Positions 10,854 through 24,532 are shown, counted from the stretch's first letter. The stretch is 64,000 bases of DNA from Octopus vulgaris (GCA_951406725.2 OX597822.1:41168001-41232000), one strand, 5' to 3'. Notes: generated by a model not told the origin, from the sequence alone. Program-made: numbers and translations.

Positions 10854-10927
<74 letters not shown>

Positions 10928-10933
<6 letters not shown>

Positions 10934-11100
10934 TACGACGGGCATATATACAGTTTCCATCTACCAAATTCACTCACAAGGCTTTGTTCGGCCCGAGGCT
11001 ATAGTAGAAGACACTTGCCCAAGGTGCCACGCAGTGGTACTGGACCCGGAACCATGTGGTTGGTAAGCAAGCTACTTACCACACTGCCACTCCTACACCT
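10928..11100 (-). mobile_element. SINE family A, 5' half (continuation of 7143-7378)
   Basis: Colinear with 2800-2970 and includes the tRNA-like head. Confidence 0.88.
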
Positions 11101-11454
11101 AAATTCTGCCTCCGGTGACTTGTGCAGTATTTAGTCTACAGAAATACAGCCTTGTTTTAAAAACTGCTGCTGTTTGCAGTGCGTTATATTTTGCACTCAA
11201 TATTGGTGCTCGTATTTTCCAGAAAATGTATCTACCTATATAAAATGAGTAAATTTCTGAAAAAGATGTGAAATTTAAGTGTGAAAAATAATTGCACAAT
11301 GATCCAGTTTAATTGAGCTATGATCCGGACGCGGCTGTGTGGCTTCCCAATCAGATGGTTCCGAGTTCAGTCTTACTGCGTGACACCTGACCAAAGCTTT
11401 GCAAATGGAAAGGAGCCCATTGCATATGTGTATGTGTGTGTGTGTGTGTGCGTG

Positions 11455-11529
<75 letters not shown>

Positions 11530-11531
<2 letters not shown>

Positions 11532-11680
11532 GGCGGGCTTCTTTTAGTTTCTGTATACTAAATCCACTCACAGGGCTCTGGACCGTCCGATGCTATAACA
11601 GAAGTCACTTGCACAGTTGGACTGAACCCAAGACTACATGGTTGGAAAGCAAGTCGCTTACCCACACAGCCACGCCGGTT
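11530..11680 (-). mobile_element. SINE family A, diverged 5' half
   Basis: GACGGCGGGCTTCTTTTAGTTTC...GGACTGAACCC...CACACAGCCACG. An oppositely oriented head fragment lies at about 11330-11400. Confidence 0.7.
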
Positions 11681-12101
11681 TTTGTTTTTTAGCTGGAATT
11701 ATGATAGCCGAACCGACTCATATTGCTTTTTAAGAAATCTCGTTAGTAAACACATTAAAGGCAAAGGCTCGCGTTTTGGCAGAGCTAGGTATTTTGCCGA
11801 TATGCAGAGAAATTAACCTTCCTGTATTTAGATTACTCAATCAAATGTAATGCTTACTTCTTCACATTGTTTTCAACTAGTCATGCTTTGTCTCAAGGCT
11901 TTGAAATTTCAAGGATGTGATTGTTTATTTCTAGGACGAGATTGTCGGGTAGATTTGAGATTTGCCTGTTTTTGAAGATAAAACAGGTAGAATATTTTGG
12001 CTGGATATGACCAGTTTAAATGCCAAATGGTTATGACAATACTGGCAAATGAAGCATTCTTCGTGTATTAGTATATCTTTATTGGATCCCCAATGTACCA
12101 C

Positions 12102-13058
12102 CAGCGCTGGATTAACCATTAACCCATTTTAACCCACTGTCTCCGTTTGAGGACAGTTGTATTTGGTTTGTTTACTTAGCGTTATTTCATCTGTCTTTAC
12201 GTTCTGAGTTCAAATTCCACCGGGGTCAACTTTGCCTTTCATCCTTTCGGGGTCGATAAATTAAGTACCAGTTGCATACTGGAGTCCACCTAATCGACTG
12301 GCTCCCCCTCTCCAAAAATTTCAGGCCTTGTGCCTCGAGTATATATATAAAAATAGTGCCTGTATTTATTTAACCATTATGATTGGTTTATTTACTCCAA
12401 TAAAGGTTAATTGGACACTTCCGTATGTTTGTTATCCCTATTTATATAACTATCTTCAAAATTTCGACAGGGTTAACTTGGGTCAAAATGGATTAACCAA
12501 AATAGCACGTGCTCAAGGCATCGAGGGAAGGTGGGCACCACAGAAAGGGTAAATGGTTTACGGCACAAAAGAAATCACTTTAAACTTGCTAAAATAATAT
12601 TCAAAGCGTTTCATATGATTGGAAATATAAGTTCGAAGTGTTCATAGCTTTATAGTGAGGATCTGATCAAAGACTTTGCAATTTAAAAAAAAGTAGGGGA
12701 AAATTTATCAAATATAAATTGGAATACAGTTCTATATTTAAGAGATGAGGAATTATGTACATTATTTACATTATTTACATTTGACGGATATTTGTCCTCA
12801 CCTTGTTTCTTGTTAACACAACGTTTCGGCTGATATACCCTCCAGCCTTCATCAAATGTAATAATGTATATAAAATGGAAGAACACAAAAATAGACATTA
12901 TTTTCCAGAGAGGGGGCCTGTCGATTAGTTTTGTTTCGTTTTGAAAAATCAAAATTTATTTTATGAATTATTATTGTTTATATTTTGAATTACATGTATA
13001 TGGGGGCACCAGACTATCTTAACTCCTTAGGGCCGCTATGGGTCTTGATCTGACCCTG
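12102..13058 (+). mobile_element. Second copy of the 4086-4852 MITE-like element, with nested SINE C and PLE-end fragments
   Basis: Starts CAGCGCTGGATTAACCATT and ends TTGATCTGACCCTG. Body blocks are shared with 4086-4852. Confidence 0.55.
12727..12855 (-). mobile_element. PLE-type 3' end fragment with a partial hammerhead motif
   Basis: Minus strand reads TGATGA-A-GGCTG-GAGGGTATAT-CAGCC-GAAA-C-GTT-GTGT. The same sequence recurs at 13260-13346 (-), 13561-13680 (+) and 14480-14537 (-). Confidence 0.6.
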
Positions 13059-13259
13059 TGTAGCACCAAGTAAAAAGGATTAAGAACTACGGCTCTACTC
13101 GGCCAGTTTAGACATTTATCTAAAGCTTTGGTTCTCATCTATTTTTCACCTTCATAGATATTCGATGTTTAAAAAGACTTGTTATGCTTTTATAATTAAA
13201 TATTATTAAGAATTGTATAAAAAAAAATATTTTGTGTATTGTGGAAGTATACGCAATTT

Positions 13260-13430
13260 ACATTAATTACATTATTTACATTTGACGGATATTTGTCATC
13301 TTGTTTGTTGTTAACACAACGTTTCGGCTGATATACCCTCCAGCCTTGGGGAAATTTCGAACTTGGGTTCTCATTCCTAAGGTATTTTTCGATGTTGTTG
13401 TTGTTGTCATCATCATCATCATCATCATCG

Positions 13431-13508
<78 letters not shown>

Positions 13509-13679
13509 TCACTGCCTGGAATCGAACTCGGAATCTTGGGGTTAGTAACCCGCGCCATATGCTGGAGGGTATATCAGCCGAAACGTTGTGTTAACAACAA
13601 ACAAGATGAGGGCAAATGTCCGTCAAATGTAAATATTGTAAATAATGTACATAATTCCTCATCTCTTAAATATAGAACT
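13260..13679. mobile_element. Inverted pair of PLE-type end fragments with a 13-bp flanking direct repeat
   Basis: 13260-13345 and 13561-13645 are reverse complements with (ATT)n in between. GTATACGCAATTT flanks both sides (13247-13259 and 13680-13692). Confidence 0.7.
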
Positions 13680-14268
13680 GTATACGCAATTTATTGCCCA
13701 TGAATTTTACTAAAAAAATTTTATATGCCCCCCCCCAAAAAAAACGTCATGTGGTCCCCCTAGAACCATATAGACCCAGTTGAGAACCACTGATCTAAAG
13801 CTTTTTTTACAAGTGTTAAGATGACATAAAAACTGAGAGAGGGCACATGATGTTCTGTCTATAAGACAGAAACTAACCCTTATAAAAAATAATATACCAG
13901 AAACCTATCTTATAATAAACATCAGAAACCTATCTCCCAGACAACAAATGTCATAGTAGGATTTACCCCGAAATAAGCTTGATTATGTTCTTGGAGGAAA
14001 GTGACATTTTAAGGAACAGCAATTACTTTGATGCAGCCAACGATACCCTTTCAACAGCATTCCTCCACTTAAATCGTAGTCCTCTAAAGCTGTTGTTGTT
14101 GTTGGTATTTAACACTAAGTCAGCCCTGATTAAGCAGGCCTATGATCAAAGCAATTCCAGCCATGATCATCCCACTTATTTTTCCCACCAATGTCCAGAG
14201 AACTAAAGTCCACGTCATTTAAAGTGACAACCTGTTGTGAGTTTAGGGAGATTTAGCAACTTAATTCG

Positions 14269-14537
14269 ACCCTGTGTAACACCAAGTGAAAAAGATTAAG
14301 AACTACGGCTATGCTCGGCCAATTTAGACATTTATCTAAAGCTGTGGTTCTCATCTATTTTTCACCTTCAAAGATATTCGACGTTTAAAAAGACTTGTTA
14401 TGTTTTTATAGTTAAATATTATTAAGAATTGTATTAAAAAATCATTAAAATATTTTGCGTATTGTAGAAGTATACGCAATTTACATTATTTACAATATTT
14501 ACATTTGACGGATATTTGTCCTCATCTTGCTTGTTGG
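14269..14537 (+). repeat. Local diverged duplication of 13052-13312
   Basis: GACCCTGTGTA.CACCAAGT.AAAA.GATTAAGAACTACGGCT...GTATACGCAATTTACATT...TTGACGGATATTTGTC is present in both places. Confidence 0.85.
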
Positions 14538-14571
14538 TCCAAACCTGTTGATTCCTTCTGGTAAACCGTAG

Positions 14572-14653
14572 CTGTGACATGGGACAGTGACATGGGACAG
14601 TGAAATGGGACAGTGAAAATGGGACACTGAAAATTGGACAGTGAAATCGAACA
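14572..14653 (+). repeat. 13-14 bp minisatellite
   Basis: About six copies of GTGA(C/A)ATGGGACA. Confidence 0.85.
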
Positions 14654-14799
14654 GATTTTATTAGATTAAAATTATATTTTGCCAAAAACTGACGGTATTT
14701 CTCATATTTATATTAAAATAAACCTGCAAATATATGTAAAATAACTGTATATATGTATATAAACATACATACCGACGTCTGTGTATATGTGAACACACA

Positions 14800-14818
14800 C
14801 ACCGAGACACACACACAC

Positions 14819-14849
<31 letters not shown>

Positions 14850-15125
14850 TGTATGTATGTATGTATGTATGTATGTATTTATGTATGTATGTATGTACAA
14901 TGTAAAAGGTACTTATGGGTATATGTATAATCATGCACACGTTTAAGTGTGTGTGTGTGTGTGTACGCGCATGTGTGTGTGTGGGGGGGGCGCGTGTGTA
15001 TTTGCAAGGATCCGCGTATGTATGCGTATATGATGTTGGAGAGTGCTATGCGTGTGTGCATGTGTGCTAATGACCATTATTAAGACGCCTATGTATCTGG
15101 ACACGCACACACATATATACACACG

Positions 15126-15160
<35 letters not shown>

Positions 15161-15347
15161 GCACACGCACACACATAATTGCATTAATATTTATTCATGT
15201 ATGTATCGTTTGTTGTTCCTACACGTCTATGTGTATACCTGTGTGCATGGATATGTGTGTGTTGTGTGTATGTGGGTGTAAATTGCTATACAGACGCCTG
15301 TGTATATACGTATATATACATATATATATATACATATATATACATAC

Positions 15348-15383
<36 letters not shown>

Positions 15384-15436
15384 GTACATATATATATATA
15401 TATATTATACACACATATATATATATATATACATAC

Positions 15437-15470
<34 letters not shown>

Positions 15471-15586
15471 GTACATATATATATATATATTATACACATA
15501 TATATATGGATATATATACATATTATACACATATATATATATGGATATATATACATATACATATATATATATATATTATACACATA

Positions 15587-15620
<34 letters not shown>

Positions 15621-15662
15621 CATACATATATATATATACATACATATATATATATATATTAT

Positions 15663-15709
<47 letters not shown>

Positions 15710-15791
15710 CACACACTAATACGTGCGTCTATCGTCATTCACATACGTATATGTATATACCTGTGTCTCTGTGTGTGCGTGTGTGTTTATG

Positions 15792-15830
<39 letters not shown>
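14800..15830. repeat. Compound (TATG)n/(CA)n/(TA)n microsatellite region
   Basis: Directly visible. Confidence 0.9.
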
Positions 15831-15832
<2 letters not shown>

Positions 15833-16421
15833 AAATGAGTAAATGAGTTAAAAATGGCTAGGCGCCCCTCCCCCTCCTCCTCCTTCGCCCCTAATAATAA
15901 TGTCCGCCAGCAACATAACAACAGTTTACAGTCAATTCAACGGAAGTCGGTCAAATATACTTCTTGTATGTCTCTTTTCATAAAACTGAAGAGACGGACG
16001 GGGTGGCGGCGATGTAGGGGGAGGTAAAAAAAAAGGAAAGGCCGAGGGTGGTGGTGAGAGGTAGGGTGTGATGGAGGTGTATGGGGTGTGGGGGTGGCGG
16101 GAGTGGAGATAGCTGAAAAGGAAGATGAATGTTTTCTGTGTAACACATTCTTCATATATATATATATATATATATGATTGTCTGTCTGTTCTTATGTATG
16201 AGTATCTCCCCCCTCTCTCTCTTTCTCTTCATACACACACACACACGTATATATATATATATATTTGTGTGTGTATGTGTACATATGTGTGTACGTGTGT
16301 TCGTGTGTGCGCGTGTATGTGTGTATATGTATGTATATATATTTATAAATGTATATGCATATATTTATATGTATACATATGTATAAAAATATTTGCATAT
16401 ATATATATATATGCATGTATA

Positions 16422-16492
<71 letters not shown>

Positions 16493-16516
16493 AATGTGTG
16501 TAAAAATTAAATTTAC

Positions 16517-16728
16517 GCTTTTACTTGTTTCAGTCATTTGACTGCGGCCATGCTGGAGCACCGCCTTTAGTCGAGCAAATCGACCCAGGATTTATTATTT
16601 GTAAGCCTAGTACTTATTCTATCGGTCTCTTTTGTTAAACCACTAAGTTACGGGGATGTAAACACACCAGCATCGGTTGTTAAACGATGTTGGGGGAAAG
16701 ACACACAAACATACACGCACACACAGAC

Positions 16729-16797
<69 letters not shown>

Positions 16798-16950
16798 TAC
16801 GACGGGCTTCTTTCAGTTTCCGTCCATCCAAGTCCACTCAGAAGAATTTGGTCGACTCGAGACACTTGCCCAAGGTGCCATGCAGTGGGATTGAACCCGG
16901 AACTATGTGGTTGGTAAACAAGCTACTTACTACACAGCCACTTCTACGCC
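16517..16950 (-). mobile_element. SINE family A, near full length
   Basis: Colinear with 2555-2970, with a small deletion and an expanded internal (TA)n. Confidence 0.9.
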
Positions 16951-16993
16951 TATGTATACAAATATGTATACAAATATATATATATATAGATAG

Positions 16994-17027
<34 letters not shown>

Positions 17028-17409
17028 ATATGCATGTATATATATGCATACAAATATGTGTATATGATTATATTTATATACATATACATATATACATACA
17101 CACACACATACATACATATATGTATATATATATATCAACACATAACACATACGTACATATTTATATATACAAGTATATACACCACATAGCACATGTATAC
17201 ATGTATACATCCATCCATTCATACATGCATGCATACATAAGAAATACATACATGCATATATATGTATGTATGTATGTATACATTTGTAGGATAACAAAGT
17301 GCAAAGATTTCACTACTATTTCATAAATTTCGTTCTAAGTGCTTCAGCTGTCTCTACTCTCAAATTCCACTTAATTACGTAATTAAATTATAAAAATACC
17401 TAATTAATC

Positions 17410-17501
17410 TGAATGAGATGAGTCAAACATTTCATCGGTGAATAAACTTAAAATATATTTCAATTTGATTTCCTGACGAAACGGCTTGGTCACCTCATTC
17501 A
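17410..17501 (+). ncRNA. Decayed long-stem-II hammerhead-like motif
   Basis: TGAATGAG-ATGA-GTCA...TGAC-GAAA-C-GGCTTG-GTC-AC-CTCATTCA. Stem I is TGAATGAG/CTCATTCA and stem II is GTCA/TGAC. The start of CUGAUGA appears deleted. Confidence 0.45.
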
Positions 17502-17934
17502 TATACTTAATTATATATTTTCATATATATTAATCATATAATTATATCGGTTGTGAAGACAAGCTATGAAGCTTAGAATAAAATTACGATTTATCAGTGA
17601 ATTCTTCGCTTTCTATTCTTCTAAATACACTGCAATGAACATTTGATATAGTCAATTTATTTATATGCAAACTCATTCCATTCGTGGTTATTACATTGAA
17701 GTAATAGTTATATATTGGAGTTTAATGATGTGCTAGAAATTGAGCTCTTAAATATAGTAAATACATTACTTTTTTAATCGTGTTTAAGCACTAATTGGAT
17801 ATATAAATTATCTATATATTTATAAATGCATATATACGACAAGGAATTACACACATACACACACAAGCATATTTATAGCCATACATTTACCCATATATAT
17901 ATATGCGCGTATATATGCATATATCCATTATATG

Positions 17935-18320
17935 TGGAAGCGCAATGGACAAGTGGTTAAGACAGCGGACTCCCGGTCATAAGAGCGCGGCTTCGAATCC
18001 ACATCCCGGGCGTTGTGAATGTTTATTGAGCGAAAATACCTAAAGCACCACTAGACTCCGGCAGAAGTGGCGAGGGTCGAACTCTGCTGTACTCTTTCAC
18101 CGCAACTTTCGCTCACCCTTTCTTCCTGGTTCTATTGTACCTGTATTTCAAAGGGCTAGCCTTGTCACACTCTGTGTCACGCTGAATCTCCCTGAAAGCT
18201 ACTTTAAGGGTACACGTGTCTGTGGAGTGCTCAACCACTTGCACGTTAATTTCAAGAACAAGCTGTTCCGTTGATCGTATCAGCTGGGACCCTCGTCGTT
18301 GTAACCGACAGGGTACCACG
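17935..18320 (+). mobile_element. SINE family B, full length
   Basis: tRNA-like head TGGACAAGTGGTTAAG...GCTTCGAATCC and tail GCCTTGTCACACTCTGTGTCACGCTGAA...CGTCGTTGTAACCGAC. Colinear with 35601-35938. Confidence 0.88.
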
Positions 18321-19389
18321 ATCCATTATATACTCATGCTTATGTAGACATATACACATACATCCGCATCTTATATTCATCAATCCAGGATCATTTCTCA
18401 CTGCGTAGCACTCTGAACAAATTTCACTAACTATAGCTTCCACTTCACTAATATGCTGTGAGTAGAATTTTATTCTGTGAAATATACAGAAGTCTATCGT
18501 AGAATTAGGCACATACATGAATACAAACATACATCAATACATACATACATACATACATACATACATACATACATACATACATACATACACACACATACAT
18601 ATACAGAGAGAGAGAGAGAGAGAGAGAGTAACAGACAGAGACAGAGAGAGTGAAAGGGAGAGAGATGTTTAAATCTGTATGTGTAAATATATGTATGTAT
18701 TAATATAATGTGATTCTTACGAATACTACATGCACACATAACAAATGGAAGCGGTCACTTACACAAACATACGCATATACAGGCGTACACACAACCACGC
18801 GCGCGCGCGCACACGCACACACACACATTAATAATTCCTGGCAAGGGCACAGTATTTCATTTTACAATCATAATATACAACCAAGTATATAAAAGTTTTA
18901 CAAGTCAACATTGCGTCTCATCTTGTGTTAGCAGTGCGATATTCTTACATTTAATTTTAATTCTTCAGATTTTCTATAGAATTCAGAGTCATTTATGTAT
19001 AAAATCCCGCACGTATGTGCATATGCATTCAAGCAACTTTGGGTGTGCATATTATCAAACAGATATGCATATATTTGCTTTTACATTGATGTTCAGAGTA
19101 CTTCTCAGAATCAAAATGATGGCTTCCAGCAAAGAAAAAAATAGAACCAATTTCTTGAAGCTGGAGAGCAACAACTATGTTACTTGCCAAACTTGAGAAA
19201 ACTCTTGCATATTTTTAGTCCCACTTACAGATTCTATCTGTAAAGTGTGTGTTAGCTATTTTGTTTCCTTGTACACACATTCTAGCTTTCTCAAATTATC
19301 ACATATGCAGTGACTAATGTAACAGTGCGCCAATAATTACTGGTATCAATGTGAATTTGTAATCAAGTTAAAGAAACTGCAATTTTTAT

Positions 19390-20200
<811 letters not shown>

Positions 20201-20568
20201 TACAACCACTTCCTTCCGCTGATTTTAAAGGACAGGTTCACATCCGCAAGACAGCTGACCTCTATGATTATACAAGATCTTTTTTCTCTGCTCTATATAA
20301 CTATACCAAAACTATTGTGCTCGCACTTGGTAGATGTATTCATGGGAATGTCCCACCAATATATGTATATATGTATGTGTGTATACATATGTATGTGTGT
20401 ATACATATGTATATATATACACACACTCATACATATACTCACATGTATATGATACATATATACGCATGTATTTACGTATAAATGCATGTGTGTATGTGCA
20501 TATATAGAAACATGAAAGAATGTTATCTGTATGTTTTTTGTGTATATATATATATATATAAATGTGTG

Positions 20569-20607
<39 letters not shown>

Positions 20608-20988
20608 GTGTATGTATGCATACATGTATATGTGTGTATATGCGCGGGTGTGTATATGTATATGTTCAAATATCTGTATAGACAGATAGCTATAAACGTC
20701 TAGGTCTGTCCAGACTTTTGTGCATGCATGTGTTTGTATGTATGTGTGCGAGTGTATTTGCGGGTATAATTATGTGTGTGCATGCGTGTTCGTGCGTGTG
20801 CGTGCGTGTGCGTGCGTGTGTGTGTGTCTAGAGCCAGGGTATATACTTAAATACATTAGATCTAATTAGAACATTGCCTGTGGTTATTGTCACAGTCATT
20901 TTATTTCACTGCCGACTCACACAATACACCCCACGCAGCTTACCACCACCACTGGCGCTCTACTCTTTCAATATAATTGACTTTAATT

Positions 20989-21806
<818 letters not shown>

Positions 21807-21807
<1 letters not shown>

Positions 21808-22050
21808 TCGTTTATGGATTTGGTTTGAAAGATTCTTTATGTGAGTTCCTATGTTGAAGAATATTCTGTTTTGTCTGGGGAGAGTCATTTTCCTTTTGTG
21901 CCTTATAATTTAACATACCGGTAAAATTTCCACTTATTTCTTATCTTTATTTTTATTTTCCTATAAACATAAGAAATAAGTAGGAATTTTACCGGTGAGT
22001 GTGTTAAATTATAAGGCACAAATAAAAATGACTCTCCCCAGACACAACAG
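21807..22050. repeat. Fold-back insertion between (TA)n tracts
   Basis: 21866-21944 (CTGTTTTGTCTGGGGAGAGTCATTTT...ACCGGTAAAATT..ACTTATTTCTTAT) is inverted at 21969-22050. An unpaired segment lies at 21807-21865. Confidence 0.8.
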
Positions 22051-22332
22051 TATATATATATATCATTGTATGTATATATAGATATAACATGGGTGCATCC
22101 AGGATTTCGACTAACGCATTTTTGGGTTATTATTAGGAATTCATCATTGGCCGTTTTAAATTGTGAAAAACACAAAATTTAAGTCAATTTTTGACAAATA
22201 TTCTAATTTCCAAGCCACTCCGTAAGATGGCGGTATCGTGGAACTGTTAGCCACATGTGTGTGTGTGTGTGTGTGTGTGTGCGTTTGTGTTTCAATGTAT
22301 GCGTATATGTCTGTGTCTGTCTGTTTGTCTGT

Positions 22333-22372
<40 letters not shown>

Positions 22373-22487
22373 ATTGAATACTACGCAAATATATCCGGCA
22401 TAAGACCAGAACAATTGTGCCAAATGAACCATTCTCGACATCTGCAGTTTGGGCAAAATATACACTAATTCCAAAAACGTGGATGAA

Positions 22488-22797
22488 GCTTGCTTGCTTC
22501 CCAACCATGTGGTACTGGGTTCAGTCCCACGGCGTAGCACCTTGGGCAAATTTCTTCCACCATAAACATTGTCTGAGTTGATTTCGGAAACGGAAACTGA
22601 AAGAAACCCGTCAAACCTATATATATGTATACATTTATGTATGCGTGTTTTGCGCTTGTGCTTGTCTCTCCGCCGCTTGACAACCGACGTTAGTATGTGT
22701 ACATCTCCGTAAATTAGTAACCCCACAAAATATATTAATAGACTAAATATCAGGCTTTCAAATAAGGATCAAGGTTGATTTGTTCAAATAAACCTTT
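22488..22797 (+). mobile_element. SINE family A, diverged
   Basis: GGGTTCAGTCCCAC...CACCTTGGGCAA...CGGAAACTGAAAGAA...GCTTGACAACCGA. Confidence 0.75.
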
Positions 22798-22831
22798 CAT
22801 ATAGATGTTAACACACACACAAACACACACG

Positions 22832-22864
<33 letters not shown>

Positions 22865-22926
22865 ATATATATATATATATACACACATATACATATGTGT
22901 GTGTGTGTGTGTGTGTATGCGTATGC

Positions 22927-22962
<36 letters not shown>

Positions 22963-23215
22963 GTGGAGGCGCGTGGCTTAGTGGTTTGGGTGTCAGCATT
23001 ATAATCGCAAGATTGTGGTTTCGATTTCTGGACCGTGCGACGCGTTGTGCTCTTGAGCAAAACACTTCATTTCACGTTGCTCTAGTCCACTCAGCCGGCA
23101 AAAATGAGTAACGCTGAGATGGACGGGCGTCCCATCCAGCTGGGGAACACATACGCCATTGAAACCGGGAAACCGGGCCCATGAGTCTGGCTAGGCTTTA
23201 AAAGGGCGCATTTGT
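22963..23215 (+). mobile_element. tRNA-headed SINE (family B-type head, different tail)
   Basis: GGAGGCGCGTGGCTTAGTGG...GTTTCGATTTC...CTTGAGCAAAACACTT...GTCCACTCAGC. The head is shared with 44232-44547. Confidence 0.8.
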
Positions 23216-24082
23216 TTTATTCTATATGTGTGTATATATATATGTATAATAAAAACTTGGAGAAATAAGAAAGTGACGCGAGGCGTTCAATCATATAATA
23301 ACAATTTAACAAATAAAACATATGCATACATACATACATATATATACATACCCACATCTATATGTATATATACATGCATATATATATATATATATATATA
23401 TTTAAGAGTACAGGACACCACAAATAAACGTAGAACACAACGAGAAACGAAAACAAAAACAAACAAGGAAACGGACTTTTTTTAACAACGAAAAAACAGA
23501 GTATAAGACAAACAATACAATGAATATTCCCCTTCATCAGCTGCCCCTGGTTCGACTCAATGCGTAATTATTTTCCTGTTTGCACTTGCATTATCATTTC
23601 GTAACGTTATGGTCATCCAATAGCTGAAAGACCCTTTCTGTTATTTATTCATTTGTATTCGTAAATTTACAATTGTTTTCCTCCTTTTGTGTATAGCAGA
23701 AAGGCGTTCCGTTGTACGTGTATAATTCTAGCTTTCTTGGTTTTGTTCCCGTTCATGTTCTCGTTCTTGTATGCATTCGTTTGCCTTTCCCCAGAAGCCT
23801 AAAGCCTTTATTTTAACACCCTGGCACTCACCGGAATCGAGCAGTCTCGGGGGATAAGTAGAGCGAAACTGCAAGGACTTTTCGCACACCGACTGAAGAA
23901 GAAATCGGCTTCGAATGATCCGTTGTATCATGTTTTTGTCCTGTTTGCCGTCTGTTATGTTATCAACTATTTCCCCACATGTTGTGCATGTTGTGCTTTG
24001 TTAATTTCTGCTTGTTGTGTTCTTTCTGTTCTACCTTTGATTTAGCCATCCGGCGTACCTTACAACCAGTTTTTTTTTACTT

Positions 24083-24116
<34 letters not shown>

Positions 24117-24155
24117 AAAAAAGGAGATGTCGAACACGAGTGGTGATATATAAAA

Positions 24156-24318
24156 AAGGAAATGAAGAAAATGCTGACAAATAATTGAAGTAATTTAAGT
24201 AATTTAATTAGGTGAAAGTCCTTTTTACCGGTTGCGCAAATGCGCAACCGGTAAAAGAACTTTCACCTAATTAAATTACTTAAATTACTTCAATTATTTG
24301 TCAGCATTTTCTTCATTT

Positions 24319-24322
<4 letters not shown>
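24156..24322. repeat. Near-perfect palindrome with arms of about 82 bp
   Basis: AAGGAAATGAAGAAAATGCTGAC...ACCGGTTGCGCA-AA-TGCGCAACCGGT...GTCAGCATTTTCTTCATTTCCTT. Confidence 0.92.
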
Positions 24323-24377
<55 letters not shown>

Positions 24378-24406
24378 TATATATACACACACATATATAT
24401 ATATGC

Positions 24407-24439
<33 letters not shown>

Positions 24440-24532
24440 CATTCACACACATATATATATATATATATATACACATCTATATATATATATGCATATATAC
24501 ATATGTATATATATACAGATATATATATATAT

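Larger units (their letters stand above)
9799..10857 (+). mobile_element. Non-coding hammerhead-bearing tandem element (retrozyme-like), 596-nt period, about 1.8 units
   Basis: 9799-10261 is repeated at 10395-10857 (offset 596). Each unit has a hammerhead fold. The element is flanked by (TA)n on both sides. Confidence 0.8.

Noticed and set aside
15850-16100. GC-richer patch with a CGGAAGT (ETS-like) word as a possible promoter; YY1-like AAGATGGCG words at about 22224 and 40272
   Set aside because: These are short motifs expected by chance, with no downstream gene evidence.
17935-18010. tRNA-like sequences (also at 22963, 35601, 44232 and family A heads)
   Set aside because: They are A/B-box SINE heads continuing into SINE bodies, with no complete cloverleaf.
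23884-23930. CTGAAGA-AGAA..TTC-GAAT hammerhead-like string (similar weak cases at 23530, 25825, 26942, 44729 and 50810)
   Set aside because: The core is incomplete or stem I is absent, so these are too decayed to call individually.
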